From an uncultured Dehalococcoidales bacterium (GTDB lineage: Bacteria; Chloroflexota; Dehalococcoidia; Dehalococcoidales; E44-bin46): DNA of 59,174 nucleotides. How positions within the stretch are numbered: the stretch's first letter is position 1; each line of letters starts with the position of its first letter. Under the pieces are notes generated by a model, which was not told the origin of the DNA, ran no database searches, and was given only the letters and a program-made list of their open reading frames with translations. Shown in pieces: positions 16,203 to 26,124 of this stretch. The stretch covers positions 32,032 through 91,205 of the forward strand of contig CAYHAL010000001.1 in assembly GCA_964354655.1 (NCBI GenBank), given 5' to 3'. The position numbers were made by a program, and so were the translations under genes.

Positions 16203-16562
16203 ATGAATATGGCATTACAAGCGCAAAAGGACACCGCTGGTACCTTATTTGATGTGATTGACAGGATACTGGACAAGGGGCTGGTTATTAATGCCGATAT
16301 CATGGTCTCGGTTTCCGGCGTTGAGCTACTAGGCATAAAAATAAGAGCTGCCCTGGCATCATTTGAAACCGCCGCCAGATACGGGCTGGAATTCCCTTCA
16401 GGAACTAATTTCCAAACCCCGGCCTGGCAGGAGGCAGTAGCCACTAAGGAAGAATGCCCTCAATGTGGTAAAAGGGTGCCAGCTAAGGAACTCTTGTCGG
16501 CAGGATGCCCCTGGTGTGGCTGGATAAGCGTTAAGGCAAAAGTAGCTCTGCCGCCAGCCTAA
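16203..16562 (+). CDS. GvpJ/GvpA-family protein with a C-terminal CxxC...CxxC zinc ribbon
   Basis: [48 protein letters not shown] is the GvpA/J core. The tail is CPQCGKRVPAKELLSAGCPWCGW. Confidence 0.8.
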   Translation: MNMALQAQKDTAGTLFDVIDRILDKGLVINADIMVSVSGVELLGIKIRAALASFETAARYGLEFPSGTNFQTPAWQEAVATKEECPQCGKRVPAKELLSAGCPWCGWISVKAKVALPPA

Positions 16563-16589
16563 AGGAAAGGCAAATGGCTAGCCGAAGTT

Positions 16590-16970
16590 GTGGGGATAAA
16601 GAAGTACGCAAGAGGAAAAGAAGCTATGGCAATTGTTGATATTGATGAAAAGAACCTGAAGCACGGTGTGCTGGGGCTGGTTATAGCCTTGGTGGAAATA
16701 ATCAAAGATACCCTCAAGCTTCAGGCAATGAAGCGTATGGAGGGAGGTAGCCTGACCGGGGAAGAGATAGAGCGGTTGGGAGAAGCGCTTATGGACCTAG
16801 ATATAGCCATTGACGAGATAAAGCAAGAGCAGGGGATTACCGAGTCGGTAAAATCGGTGAGGGATGGGCTGGATAATCTGGTAGATGGTGTCATTGACCA
16901 GTTCCTAAACCCTGAGAGGTGGCGGCAGGTAGCCGAATCAAAGGAGGAATCTAGCTGTGCAGCAAGATGA
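16590..16970 (+). CDS. gvpK: Gas vesicle protein GvpK
   Basis: LKHGVLGLVIALVEIIKDTLKLQAMKRMEGGSLTGEEIERLGEALMDLDIAIDEIK is the GvpK signature. GTG 16590 is taken from the ORF track; an alternative ATG is at 16626. Confidence 0.8.
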   Translation: MGIKKYARGKEAMAIVDIDEKNLKHGVLGLVIALVEIIKDTLKLQAMKRMEGGSLTGEEIERLGEALMDLDIAIDEIKQEQGITESVKSVRDGLDNLVDGVIDQFLNPERWRQVAESKEESSCAAR

Positions 16971-17760
16971 CAAGACTGAAGCCCGGAGAGAAGGGCAGGG
17001 GAGGTATCTTTACTGCATTGCCGGTAGTGGTGAGAGGGTAAGCCTGGGAGCTATCGGGATTGATGGTCATAATGTCTATACCGTTCCCTACCGGGATATA
17101 TGCGCCGTAGTACATAAGTGTCCTGCTGAGCCGTATCAGTCAACCGATAGAGAGTTGGTAAACTGTTGGCTACTGGCACACCAGAAGGTAGTGGACGAAG
17201 CTTGGCAAAGGTGGGGCACAGTGCTTCCTGTGGGATTTGATACCATAGTCATGGACAAAGATGGGGTTGGGGCGGAGGATAATGTCAGAGACTGGCTTCA
17301 AAAGGACTACGATAGCCTCAAGGACAAAATAGAGAAACTGAGGGGCAAGGCAGAGTATGGTGTGCAAATCTTTTGGTCACCCCAGGTTATTGCCCAGAAT
17401 CTAACCAAGACAAGCCCTGAAATCAGGCAGCTTGGGGAGGCAATAAAATCCCAGCCAAGGGGCATTGCCTACCTCAATAAGCAGAAGTTAGAGGGTGCAC
17501 TAAAGAAGGAATTAAAATCCAAAGCCGACCAGTGCTTTAGGGATTTCTATGAGCGTATTCGGAGACACGTTGACAATATCGTTGTGGGAAAAACGAAGCT
17601 GGGTGTTCAGGATGCTCAGATGATAATGAATCTCTCCTGCTTACTCCCCAAAGATAAGGCTGCCGAACTGGGGGAGGAACTGGGGAAGATTAATGCCATC
17701 GATGGGTTCTCGGTTCGCTTTACCGGACCCTGGCCGCCATATAGTTTTGTTGGCACCTGA
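16957..17760 (+). CDS. GvpF/L-family gas vesicle protein (third paralog)
   Basis: GRYLYCIAGS...YRDICAVVHK...VLPVGFDTI...GPWPPYSF. The GTG start overlaps gvpK by 14 nt. Confidence 0.85.
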   Translation: MQQDDKTEARREGQGRYLYCIAGSGERVSLGAIGIDGHNVYTVPYRDICAVVHKCPAEPYQSTDRELVNCWLLAHQKVVDEAWQRWGTVLPVGFDTIVMDKDGVGAEDNVRDWLQKDYDSLKDKIEKLRGKAEYGVQIFWSPQVIAQNLTKTSPEIRQLGEAIKSQPRGIAYLNKQKLEGALKKELKSKADQCFRDFYERIRRHVDNIVVGKTKLGVQDAQMIMNLSCLLPKDKAAELGEELGKINAIDGFSVRFTGPWPPYSFVGT

Positions 17761-17776
17761 TAGTAGAAGGTTATAA

Positions 17777-18073
17777 ATGGAACCAACCCGGGATACACAT
17801 TATACATTGGTAGACTTATTGGACAGGGTGCTTGATAAAGGTGTGGTGCTCTATGCCGATATTATCGTCTCAGTTGCTGGCATACCTCTAGTCGGTGTCA
17901 ACCTGCGGGCAGCGCTGGCTGGCATGGAGACCATGCTAAGCTACGGAGTAATGCAAGAGTGGGACCAGAAAATTCGTGCCGTGAAAGGGCTCGAGAAAGC
18001 GGGACTAGTTGCCTATACCAGTGCTACTAACCTGAGCGGGGAGAGGACATATGCCAAAGGCAGTTGGCATTGA
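17777..18073 (+). CDS. Small GvpA/J/M/S-family gas vesicle protein
   Basis: TLVDLLDRVLDKGVVLYADIIVSVAGIPLVGVNLRAALAGMETMLSYG. The 3' end overlaps the Hsp70 start by 23 nt. Confidence 0.8.
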   Translation: MEPTRDTHYTLVDLLDRVLDKGVVLYADIIVSVAGIPLVGVNLRAALAGMETMLSYGVMQEWDQKIRAVKGLEKAGLVAYTSATNLSGERTYAKGSWH

Positions 18074-19883
18074 CCTAGGGACTACTTTCTCACTGGTAGC
18101 CTACCTTGAGTGTGGCCGACCAGTGGTAATTCCCAATAGAGAGGGCAGCTGGCTAACACCCTCGGTGGTGGCATTTCTCAAAAACGGGAAGCGGCTGGTG
18201 GGGCAACTTGCCCGGCAGCAGGCTGTTGCCAACCCGGAGGGTACTATCTTCTCTATAAAGAGACATATGGGGCATCAGACTTACCTTGACCTTGGTGGTT
18301 TACCCAATGATAAGCAGCTTATCCAGCAGATTAAGCGGCACATGGGCTCTGATTACCGGATAAGGATTGACCACAATGAATATACCCCTGAGGAAATCTC
18401 GGCTATGATTCTTAAAAAGCTTAAGACGGATGCCGAAGAATATCTTGATGACAAGATAGAGCAGGCAGTTATCAGTGTGCCTGCCTATTTCAATGTCAGC
18501 CAACGGCAAGCCACTATAGATGCGGCTACGATTGCTGGCATCAAGGTCATGAGAATAATTGACGAGCCAACAGCCGCCGCCCTCGCCTATGGTTTGGAAA
18601 TGGAGGACGTCCACACCATCCTGGTCTGGGACTTAGGCGGCGGCACCTTTGATGTCTCTATCCTTGAGCTTGGCGATGGAATATTTGAGGTCAAGGCGGT
18701 CAACGGCAATACCTGGTTGGGTGGGGACGATTATGACCAGCGTATCGTAGATTATCTGACTGAAGAGTTTCAAGAGCAATATGGGATTGACCTCCGGAAA
18801 GATAGGGCAGTTTGTCGCCGACTGAAGGAAGTGGCTGAAAAAGCTAAGATTGAACTGACGGATAGCGAGGCTACTCTTATAGAGGTACCCTTTATCAATG
18901 CTGGCGAAGGTAGCCCCAAGCACTGGGAGATAACCCTGACCAGGGCAAAATTTGAAGAGCTAACCGAGGATTTGCGGCAGAAGATGATTGCCCCCACTAC
19001 GAAGGCGCTGGCTGATGCCGGACTCAGACCAGAAGATATAGACCGCCTTATCTTGGTCGGCGGCGCCACAAGGATGCCGGCGGTTAGAAAGCTGAGTGTG
19101 AAAATCGTAGGCAAAGAGCCCTATAAGGATATCCAGCCTGACGAAGCAGTGGCTTTGGGAGCAGCCATCCAGGCTGGCATTTTAATGGGGCAAATACAAA
19201 AGAAGGTGCTAATAGATGTTACCCCACTGTCTCTGGGTATTGAGACCCAGGGCGGTATATTTACCAAGATTATTGAGCGGAATACCCCTATCCCAACCTC
19301 CAAGAGTCAGATTTTTACCAACACCTCGGATAATCAGGCCTCCATGGATATTCATGTATTGCAGGGTGAACGGGATATGGCTGTAGATAACATTACCCTA
19401 GATAGGTTTGATTTAACTGGTATATCCTCAGCGCCCCGTGGGGAAGCCAGGGTTGAGGTGACCTTTGATATTGATGCTAATGGCATTCTTCATGTGTCGG
19501 CTAGCGACCTTTATGGCGATAGCTGCCAGGAGGTGAGGGTTAGCCCTCGTTTCTATGGGCTGCCTCAAGAGGAGATAGCCCGCATGGTTGAAGACGCAGC
19601 TAGATTCTCCGAGGATGACCGTAAACGGCGGCAGGAAGTGGAAATTGGCATCAAAGCCGATAATGTGGTGCGGGCTGCCCGGCAGGGTATTACTGAAGCT
19701 GATGTAACTGCGAATCTGAAGTTGATGCAAGAGGTGGAGAAGGCAATATTAGAGGTGCAGCAGGCTGTAGCCGACGGAGACAGTGCTGAGATCAAGTCAA
19801 GAACCGAAGCCCTGGAAAAGGAGATTAAGGCATTATACCAGCAAAGAGAGCCAAAACTAGAGGCAGAGCATGTAACCTCTTAG
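18051..19883 (+). CDS. Hsp70/DnaK-family chaperone encoded in the gvp cluster
   Basis: [39 protein letters not shown] and a substrate-binding domain ([13 protein letters not shown]...VLQGER...[13 protein letters not shown]). GGGGAGAGGA SD. No grpE or full-length dnaJ lies next to it. Confidence 0.9.
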   Translation: MPKAVGIDLGTTFSLVAYLECGRPVVIPNREGSWLTPSVVAFLKNGKRLVGQLARQQAVANPEGTIFSIKRHMGHQTYLDLGGLPNDKQLIQQIKRHMGSDYRIRIDHNEYTPEEISAMILKKLKTDAEEYLDDKIEQAVISVPAYFNVSQRQATIDAATIAGIKVMRIIDEPTAAALAYGLEMEDVHTILVWDLGGGTFDVSILELGDGIFEVKAVNGNTWLGGDDYDQRIVDYLTEEFQEQYGIDLRKDRAVCRRLKEVAEKAKIELTDSEATLIEVPFINAGEGSPKHWEITLTRAKFEELTEDLRQKMIAPTTKALADAGLRPEDIDRLILVGGATRMPAVRKLSVKIVGKEPYKDIQPDEAVALGAAIQAGILMGQIQKKVLIDVTPLSLGIETQGGIFTKIIERNTPIPTSKSQIFTNTSDNQASMDIHVLQGERDMAVDNITLDRFDLTGISSAPRGEARVEVTFDIDANGILHVSASDLYGDSCQEVRVSPRFYGLPQEEIARMVEDAARFSEDDRKRRQEVEIGIKADNVVRAARQGITEADVTANLKLMQEVEKAILEVQQAVADGDSAEIKSRTEALEKEIKALYQQREPKLEAEHVTS

Positions 19884-19961
19884 ACGGTTGTCCTTCACCC
19901 CTATGCTTTGAGCTAACTGAGCGGCTTATTGTTTCTACTTATTTAAAACTCCCTATCCCTC

Positions 19962-19998
19962 TTGACAAGCTTTTTCCAATGTGTTAACATGTTAACAT
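19962..19998 (+). promoter_or_regulatory. Promoter TTGACA-N17-TAACAT overlapped by tandem TGTTAACA palindromes, 8 nt upstream of ATG 19999
   Basis: TTGACA at 19962-19967 and TAACAT at 19985-19990. TGTTAACA occurs at 19982-19989 and again at 19990-19997. No SD is present. Confidence 0.55.
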
Positions 19999-20433
19999 AT
20001 GGGGGTAATTGGGACAAGGGTATCACCAGTTCTGGAGCAATATATCCAAGACTACTGCAGTGGTTTAGGGAAAACCACTTCTCAGTGGCTCAGGGAACTT
20101 ATCGAAAAGGAAATCTCGGGTAAGACGCCAAACCCAGCGCTTGGGGATGCCATCAATGGGCTTAGCAATTTGGCTTCTGACAATGCCAAATTTATGATTG
20201 GCATACTGGCGGTGTCCTTGGGCATATATAACACCCTTATCCGGGGCGAGATTTCAAGTCACCCTGAGAGGGCAAAGCAACTAGAACAGGCACACAGTGA
20301 ATTCGTAGGCAGGCTGCTCAAAAACCTACCGCTAAAGGAGCAGCTTACCGTCGAAATGGGAATAAGAATATCGGATTTGGCAACCGAAATAGAAAGGATT
20401 AAGTCGGAAAAGCAAATACAGCAGGAGGTGTAA
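19999..20433 (+). CDS. Putative ribbon-helix-helix (CopG/Arc-like) regulator with a hydrophobic segment and coiled-coil tail
   Basis: GTRVSPVLEQYIQDYCSGLGKTTSQWLRELIEKEI fits a beta-alpha-alpha RHH pattern. The hydrophobic stretch is FMIGILAVSLGIYNTLI. It is the first gene behind the palindrome-bearing promoter. Confidence 0.6.
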   Translation: MGVIGTRVSPVLEQYIQDYCSGLGKTTSQWLRELIEKEISGKTPNPALGDAINGLSNLASDNAKFMIGILAVSLGIYNTLIRGEISSHPERAKQLEQAHSEFVGRLLKNLPLKEQLTVEMGIRISDLATEIERIKSEKQIQQEV

Positions 20434-20434
20434 G

Positions 20435-20971
20435 ATGGCTGAAGGGAAGAAAAAGGCAAAGGTAGAGTTTGATTTTGGGCTGGGGGGACTGTTTGAGGGG
20501 ATGGGTAAGCTCTTCGACCTAGTCTCCAAGATGACCGAGGAGGGAAAGGAAGAGTATACCCGTACCGGGGAAATTAAAGGTCTAGGTGATAAGGCTAAGG
20601 GAATCTACGGCTTTAGCATCAAGATGGGCTTAGGCGGTCAGCCAACGGTAGAGCATTTCGGTAACATCAAGAAGACAGCGAGGGGCTCAGTGGAGGTAGC
20701 CGAGGTCAGAGAGCCCATAGTTGATGTCTTCGACGAGGGAGGCTATCTATTAATTATTGCCGAAGTCCCTGGCGTCGAGGAGGAAAACATCGACCTTGAA
20801 ATAAGGGGGGATATTCTCAGCCTGAAGGCTGAGGGTAAAGATAGGAAGTACAGTAAAGAGGTTCTCCTGCCATCAGAGGTTGAGGCTGAAAGTATGAAGA
20901 CCCAGTATAAAAGCGGAGTCTTGGAGATAAAACTTGCCAAGAAGATATCACCGTCGGGTAAAGGCAGTTAG
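20435..20971 (+). CDS. Hsp20/alpha-crystallin family small heat-shock protein
   Basis: [77 protein letters not shown] is an ACD domain. GGAGGTG SD. Confidence 0.85.
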   Translation: MAEGKKKAKVEFDFGLGGLFEGMGKLFDLVSKMTEEGKEEYTRTGEIKGLGDKAKGIYGFSIKMGLGGQPTVEHFGNIKKTARGSVEVAEVREPIVDVFDEGGYLLIIAEVPGVEEENIDLEIRGDILSLKAEGKDRKYSKEVLLPSEVEAESMKTQYKSGVLEIKLAKKISPSGKGS

Positions 20972-20975
20972 AAAT

Positions 20976-23123
20976 ATGCCAGAAATGAAGACAAAAGACG
21001 CCTTGATACTTAAGGTAGCCGAAGCATTAGCCAAAGACGTTGGTCGGGGGATAGCCAGGCTTGACCCCAAAGACATGGCAAGACTGGGGGTTGAGGTGGG
21101 GGATATCATTCAGGTCATGGGTAAGAGACCTACCCCAGCCAAGGTTATGCCGGCGTTTATGGAGGACAGAGGCAAGGATATTATCCAGATAGATGGCATT
21201 ACTCGGGAGAATGCTCAGATAGGTCTTGATGAAAAGGGGCAAGTTCAGAAAGCTGAGTACAAGACGGCTAGCGTAGTGGTTCTTGCCCCCTTAACTACAC
21301 GAGGGACATTAAAGGAAAGGGATACTGGTTATATCGGGAAGCTGCTCGAGGGACTAGCCGTTAGTGCCGGGGACAAGGTAAGGGCTACCCTCTTTGGCAC
21401 TCGTTACCAGGAATTCTCTGTGGTTGATACTAGCCCCAAGGGAATAACTGTCATCCATTCTACCACTACCATAAAGATAGCCGGAGAAGGGGCACGGGTA
21501 AAGGAAGGGGTTGGAATTACCTATGAGGATATTGGTGGGCTGCATCGGGAGACCCAGAAAATAAGGGAGATGATTGAACTACCGTTGAAGTACCCTGAGG
21601 TATTTGAGAGATTGGGGATAGATGCCCCCAAAGGGGTATTACTTCATGGACCACCAGGCTGTGGCAAGACCTTGATAGCCAGGGCGGTAGCCAATGAGAC
21701 CTCAGCCCATTTTATACATATAAGTGGCCCCGAGGTTATCCATAAGTTCTACGGGGAGAGTGAAGCTCACCTGCGAGCCCTTTTTGAGGATGCCAGAACA
21801 AATGCCCCATCGATTGTATTTGTGGATGAGATAGATGCTATCGCTTCTAAACGGGAGGAGATCCGGGGTGACCAGCAGGTAGAGCGAAGGGTGGTAGCTC
21901 AACTTCTGGCTTTGATGGATGGCTTGAAATCGAGGGGGGAGGTAGTGGTCATCGGAGCGACCAACATACCTAATGTGCTCGACCCAGCCTTGAGACGGCC
22001 GGGGCGCTTTGATAGAGAGATAGCCATTAGTATTCCTGATAAGAACGCAAGGCTGGAGATACTTCATATTCATATCAGGGGAATGCCTCTGGCTGCTGAT
22101 GTAGACCTGGAAAGGATTGCTGGAATTACTCACGGGTTTGTTGGGGCAGACCTGGAGGCTCTAGCCAGAGAAGCCGCCATGATAACCCTGAGGAAGATAA
22201 TGCCTAAGATTGAATTCGAAGCTGATAATATCCCCTATGAGTTGCTTCTGGAGCTGGAAGTAACTATGGATGACTTCCTGAATGCATTAAAGGAGGTAGA
22301 GCCCTCAGCCATCAGGGAGGTCTTCATTGAGATTCCTGATGTTCGTTGGGATGATGTCGGGGGACTAGACGAGGTAAAACGGGTGCTCAAGGAAAGCATT
22401 GAATGGCCGCTAAAATACCCGGAGCTTTTTGACCACATGAGAACCAATCCCCCCAAAGGCATCCTACTTTATGGTCCTCCTGGTAGCGGGAAGACATTCC
22501 TAGCTAAGGCAGTAGCCAGTGAGAGCGAGATCAATTTCATTTCGGTCAAGGGTCCAGAGCTACTGTCTAAGTGGGTTGGAGAATCAGAGAGGGGCATAAG
22601 GGAGGTATTTAGAAAAGCTAAACAGGCTAGCCCTTGCATTGTCTTTTTTGATGAAATAGATGCTATAGCCCCAATTCGGGGGGCGAGTAGCGATTCTCAT
22701 GTTACTGAACGGGTAATCAGCCAATTTCTGACCGAGTTGGATGGAATGGAAGAGCTCAAAGGTGTGATTGTGCTGGCAGCTACTAACCGGCTGGATATGG
22801 TAGACCCAGCCTTGCTTCGACCTGGCAGGTTTGACCTTCGGCTGGAATTGCCCACCCCCGATGCTAAAGCCCGCCTGGAAATATTCAATATACATACCAG
22901 AGGAAAACCACTAGCTGCTGACGTGGACCTCAAGGCTCTGGCTGATACCACTGATGGCTTGGTTGGGGCTGACATAGAGGCTATCTGCAGAAGGGCTTCC
23001 ATGCTGGCTATACGAGAGTTTCTGGGTAAGCATAGAACCTTCAAGTCGGAAACTAAAAAGGTAGACCTTTCCCAAGCTAAAGTCAGTAATAAGCACTTTG
23101 AGGAGGTAATCAGGGAGTTGTGA
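20976..23123 (+). CDS. Cdc48/VCP-like double-ring AAA+ ATPase (N domain + D1 + D2)
   Basis: The Cdc48-N-like region is [38 protein letters not shown]. Two Walker A motifs are present, GPPGCGKT and GPPGSGKT. Two Walker B motifs are present, IVFVDEID and [11 protein letters not shown] 20976 follows the hsp20 stop by 4 nt. Confidence 0.9.
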   Translation: MPEMKTKDALILKVAEALAKDVGRGIARLDPKDMARLGVEVGDIIQVMGKRPTPAKVMPAFMEDRGKDIIQIDGITRENAQIGLDEKGQVQKAEYKTASVVVLAPLTTRGTLKERDTGYIGKLLEGLAVSAGDKVRATLFGTRYQEFSVVDTSPKGITVIHSTTTIKIAGEGARVKEGVGITYEDIGGLHRETQKIREMIELPLKYPEVFERLGIDAPKGVLLHGPPGCGKTLIARAVANETSAHFIHISGPEVIHKFYGESEAHLRALFEDARTNAPSIVFVDEIDAIASKREEIRGDQQVERRVVAQLLALMDGLKSRGEVVVIGATNIPNVLDPALRRPGRFDREIAISIPDKNARLEILHIHIRGMPLAADVDLERIAGITHGFVGADLEALAREAAMITLRKIMPKIEFEADNIPYELLLELEVTMDDFLNALKEVEPSAIREVFIEIPDVRWDDVGGLDEVKRVLKESIEWPLKYPELFDHMRTNPPKGILLYGPPGSGKTFLAKAVASESEINFISVKGPELLSKWVGESERGIREVFRKAKQASPCIVFFDEIDAIAPIRGASSDSHVTERVISQFLTELDGMEELKGVIVLAATNRLDMVDPALLRPGRFDLRLELPTPDAKARLEIFNIHTRGKPLAADVDLKALADTTDGLVGADIEAICRRASMLAIREFLGKHRTFKSETKKVDLSQAKVSNKHFEEVIREL

Positions 23124-23824
23124 AAGAAATGAGAAGATTGATTTATATCCCTATCATTCATACTGATTCTGACATGGGCAGTCTGGCTTCGGCACTTGAG
23201 CTGGGCACGACTGCAGTCTGTGGGGAGAAACGCTGGGAAAGGCATAAGGCAACCGCCTCTAGATTCTGGCAGATGGTATTGGACTTTTTTGAAACATTGG
23301 ATGCCAATGGTCTTAAGGTATACCAGGATGGTTTTGTTTCAGATGGTGTCTCGAGCCGAAAGATGGTTCGAGAGGCGGCGAGGAGAGGGAGTAAGAACTA
23401 TGAAATCATCCTTGGTCTGCTTAGCCGGGGCGCTGAGATAGTATCTACAGAGGATAAGGCGCTGCTTCAGGAGGAATATGGATACATTAGCCGGATTATT
23501 GATTCTGAGACCCTCTCCCAGAGAGCGCTTGCCTACAAGGAATATAATTTGCGGAAGAATCAATTAATGATAGAAAGAGATAGCTTTATAGCTAGAAGGA
23601 TAAATGAGACCCTGGCGGATGGAGAGGCGGGGGCTCTATTTATGGGAGCCTACCATGATATTGTTCCTCACTTGGCTAGGGACATCGCGGTAAGGCAGCT
23701 CAAAGAGCGAGAGAAGGTAAAGGCCTACTTTGATGAGTTAATGTATGGTAGAGACGAAAGGAACTTCGAACAGCTGACAAGGTACATTAACTCAGCAGTT
23801 GGGGCGCTAGTGATTATAAACTAG
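23120..23824 (+). CDS. Conserved hypothetical protein, last gene of the hsp20-cdc48 operon
   Basis: The GTG start overlaps the cdc48 stop (GTGA); an alternative ATG is at 23129. The motif LFMGAYH is faintly reminiscent of the TraB/GumN/ChaN-like GxxH motif. No firm family assignment. Confidence 0.6.
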   Translation: MKEMRRLIYIPIIHTDSDMGSLASALELGTTAVCGEKRWERHKATASRFWQMVLDFFETLDANGLKVYQDGFVSDGVSSRKMVREAARRGSKNYEIILGLLSRGAEIVSTEDKALLQEEYGYISRIIDSETLSQRALAYKEYNLRKNQLMIERDSFIARRINETLADGEAGALFMGAYHDIVPHLARDIAVRQLKEREKVKAYFDELMYGRDERNFEQLTRYINSAVGALVIIN

Positions 23825-23956
23825 TCCCAAAAAATTGATAATTTTTTAAGGACATTTTAATGATGAGCAAATGATGAATGAATTAATATAGATAAATGAA
23901 TGCTGTCGCCGTGCCAAACATTGGCATCCTCCTAAACTAAAAGGTAAGCATTGCTA

Positions 23957-23990
23957 CAAGTAAGGGCTCTTTAAAAGGAGCCCTTACTTG
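23957..23990 (+). terminator. Rho-independent-type terminator hairpin ending the gvp/hsp gene array
   Basis: Perfect 13-bp stem CAAGTAAGGGCTC / GAGCCCTTACTTG with an 8-nt loop, followed by TTAATTAAT. It lies in an AT-rich gap. Confidence 0.6.
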
Positions 23991-24071
23991 TTAATTAATG
24001 CCTCATGGTCAAGTTAGTGTTGGTATCACCCCACAGGCTAATGATAGTGAACATCTCCTCCGTGGAGCCGA

Positions 24072-24100
24072 TTGACATTTGCCATTTGGCAAATTACAAT
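24072..24100 (+). promoter_or_regulatory. Promoter TTGACA-N17-TACAAT with palindromic spacer, 8 nt upstream of ATG 24109
   Basis: TTGACA at 24072-24077, spacer palindrome TTTGCCA-TT-TGGCAAA, and TACAAT at 24095-24100. Confidence 0.5.
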
Positions 24101-24108
24101 GTTGTCGT

Positions 24109-24387
24109 ATGATTCGAAGCATACCACCAAGTAGAAGAGCAAATAGCAGGGCTTATAAAATAAATGCCTATAGGGTAAATAGGTATGTGCCTTATTATAA
24201 CCGCATGCGTAGCAGTACCCTGGAAAGCTTGCTTGCCGAGGCAGAAAGGCTAGAGTCAGAACAGATTGAAGTGGTAAAGCTTCTGCCTTTTGATGAGGAA
24301 TTACAGAGGCTGGACAAATTACAGCGGGTGGTTATGCAACTCAAGGCACAGATAGTACTCAGGGCAAATAGTCACTGCTTCTGCTGA
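24109..24387 (+). CDS. Small basic hypothetical protein (92 aa), possibly leaderless
   Basis: The in-frame ATG is 8 nt after the -10 box. The N-terminus is Arg/Tyr-rich and the C-terminus is coiled-coil-like. No recognisable family. Confidence 0.4.
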   Translation: MIRSIPPSRRANSRAYKINAYRVNRYVPYYNRMRSSTLESLLAEAERLESEQIEVVKLLPFDEELQRLDKLQRVVMQLKAQIVLRANSHCFC

Positions 24388-24430
24388 GCAACACATAACT
24401 ATGCTGCCAAATTGCGCTCCCTTGAGTTAT

Positions 24431-26122
24431 TTAGGGCTTCGTTTTAGCTGGACTAAAGTCGAGGATATTAAGCCTTAGCCTCTCCCTTCCACTCCATTGG
24501 TCTACCTCCAGGTTATAGACAATATCGAGCAGTGAGGAGACCTCTGCCAGATAGTTACCAAGCCCAAAAGCCACCCCGTCCCAAACAGTGCCGCCCTGCT
24601 TTAGTTTCAACCTCAGGTGTTCTCCGCTAGTGCCCATTGTCTGGCAATCAACGACCTCTACCCTCCGGCTGAGGAAGGTAGGTGCTGGGTTACCGTGACC
24701 AAAAGGGGCTAGCTTTTGAATTGATTGGTAGGTGTCTCCGGCAAGGTCGGGCAATTTAATCTCGACATCAATATCCAGGCAGGGATGAAGGTCAACCCCA
24801 GCCAGCTCGGTAGATGCTAGTTGTAAGAGCGTTTGCTTAAAACGGGTCAGATTCTTAGTCGGTAGGGTAAAACCGGCTGCCTGGGGGTGTCCGCCGAAGT
24901 TAGACAGCAAACTACTGCACTGGTTTAGAGCCTGAACAATATTAAACTCAGGGATGCTACGGCAACTGCCGCTACTTATCTCCCTGCCGGTTTTAATCAC
25001 CACTGCCGGGCGGCAGAACTCCTCTGAAAGCCTGCTGGCTACCAGTCCCATGATTCCACCAGGGTAGTCTTCATCGCTGGCTACGAGAAGAGGTAGGAGT
25101 CCTTGCGCCAATACTTGCTCTCTGGCTTTAGCCAAGGTATTGCTGGTTAATTTCTGCCGCTCAGCATTTTTCTCTTCCAGCCACATAGTTAATTCATGCG
25201 CCTCTTGAGGTGAGGCCGTTGTCAGCAATTTATAGCTGATCATGGCATGTGCCAATCTGCCGGCGGCGTTTAAACGTGGGGCTAGAATCCAGGAGATAAC
25301 TTCGGCATCCAGGCTGCCAATATTTAACCCAGCCTGGATTAACATTTCTCTCACCCCAAGACGGGGGGTGGTATTAATCAGCTTCAGTCCTTGCTTAACC
25401 AGATATCGATTTTCCCCCAGTAGAGGCATCATATCAGCCACAGTCCCCAGGGCGACTAGGTCTATTAGTTCATCCAGTTGCTTTTCTTTACCAATGCCTT
25501 GGAATAGAGCCTGAAGAAGCTTAAAGGCTACCCCAACGCCGGCTAGTCCTGAGAAGGGGTAAGTTGAGTTTGGTAGTTTAGGATCAACTATGGCAATAGC
25601 TGGCGGGATTACGGTGGGAGGGGTGTGGTGGTCGGTAATAATTATATCAAGCCCTAGCCTTTGTGCCTTCTTAACCTGGGTAAAGGCGGTAATTCCACAA
25701 TCAACGGTAATAACTAAGCTAATACCCTGCTGGTAGAGGTTGTCTAGGGTGGTTGTTTTAAGTCCATAACCTTCGGTCAAGCGATGGGGTATATAAGGGG
25801 TGACCCGGCTGCCAAGGCTTGACAGAGCCTGCACTAGCAGAGCCGTCCCGGTGATGCCATCAACATCAAAGTCGCCATAGATAGCAATGTTTTCACCGGA
25901 TAGCAAAGCCCGGTAGATTCTAGCTACCGCCCGGTGCATATCAGGGAGCAGGAGCGGGTTGCCCAACAGGCATTCATCAGCAGCGATAAATGGTTCTAAC
26001 TGGGATGGTTCAGTGAGTCCGCGATTATACAGGAGCTGGGCTATCAGTGTTGAGAATCCTGAAGTGGTAGCCAAATATTCGGCCGGGGCTGACGGCAGAA
26101 GATTCCAACGACTATGATTCAA
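24431..26122 (-). CDS. recJ: Single-stranded-DNA-specific exonuclease RecJ
   Basis: DHH-family motifs IAIYGDFDVDGITG, ITVDCG, IIITDHH and the DHHA1 region GGHPQAAG. The length and architecture are of the bacterial RecJ type. Confidence 0.9.
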   Translation of the reverse strand: MNHSRWNLLPSAPAEYLATTSGFSTLIAQLLYNRGLTEPSQLEPFIAADECLLGNPLLLPDMHRAVARIYRALLSGENIAIYGDFDVDGITGTALLVQALSSLGSRVTPYIPHRLTEGYGLKTTTLDNLYQQGISLVITVDCGITAFTQVKKAQRLGLDIIITDHHTPPTVIPPAIAIVDPKLPNSTYPFSGLAGVGVAFKLLQALFQGIGKEKQLDELIDLVALGTVADMMPLLGENRYLVKQGLKLINTTPRLGVREMLIQAGLNIGSLDAEVISWILAPRLNAAGRLAHAMISYKLLTTASPQEAHELTMWLEEKNAERQKLTSNTLAKAREQVLAQGLLPLLVASDEDYPGGIMGLVASRLSEEFCRPAVVIKTGREISSGSCRSIPEFNIVQALNQCSSLLSNFGGHPQAAGFTLPTKNLTRFKQTLLQLASTELAGVDLHPCLDIDVEIKLPDLAGDTYQSIQKLAPFGHGNPAPTFLSRRVEVVDCQTMGTSGEHLRLKLKQGGTVWDGVAFGLGNYLAEVSSLLDIVYNLEVDQWSGRERLRLNILDFSPAKTKP

Positions 26123-26124
26123 GT

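Noticed and set aside
18255-18350. The Hsp70 contains the motif IKRHMG twice, which looked like an internal duplication or insertion.
   Set aside because: The distance from the first IKRxxG to the conserved YTPEEISA block (about 36 residues) is the same as in canonical DnaK. There is therefore no extra sequence, only a local motif recurrence.
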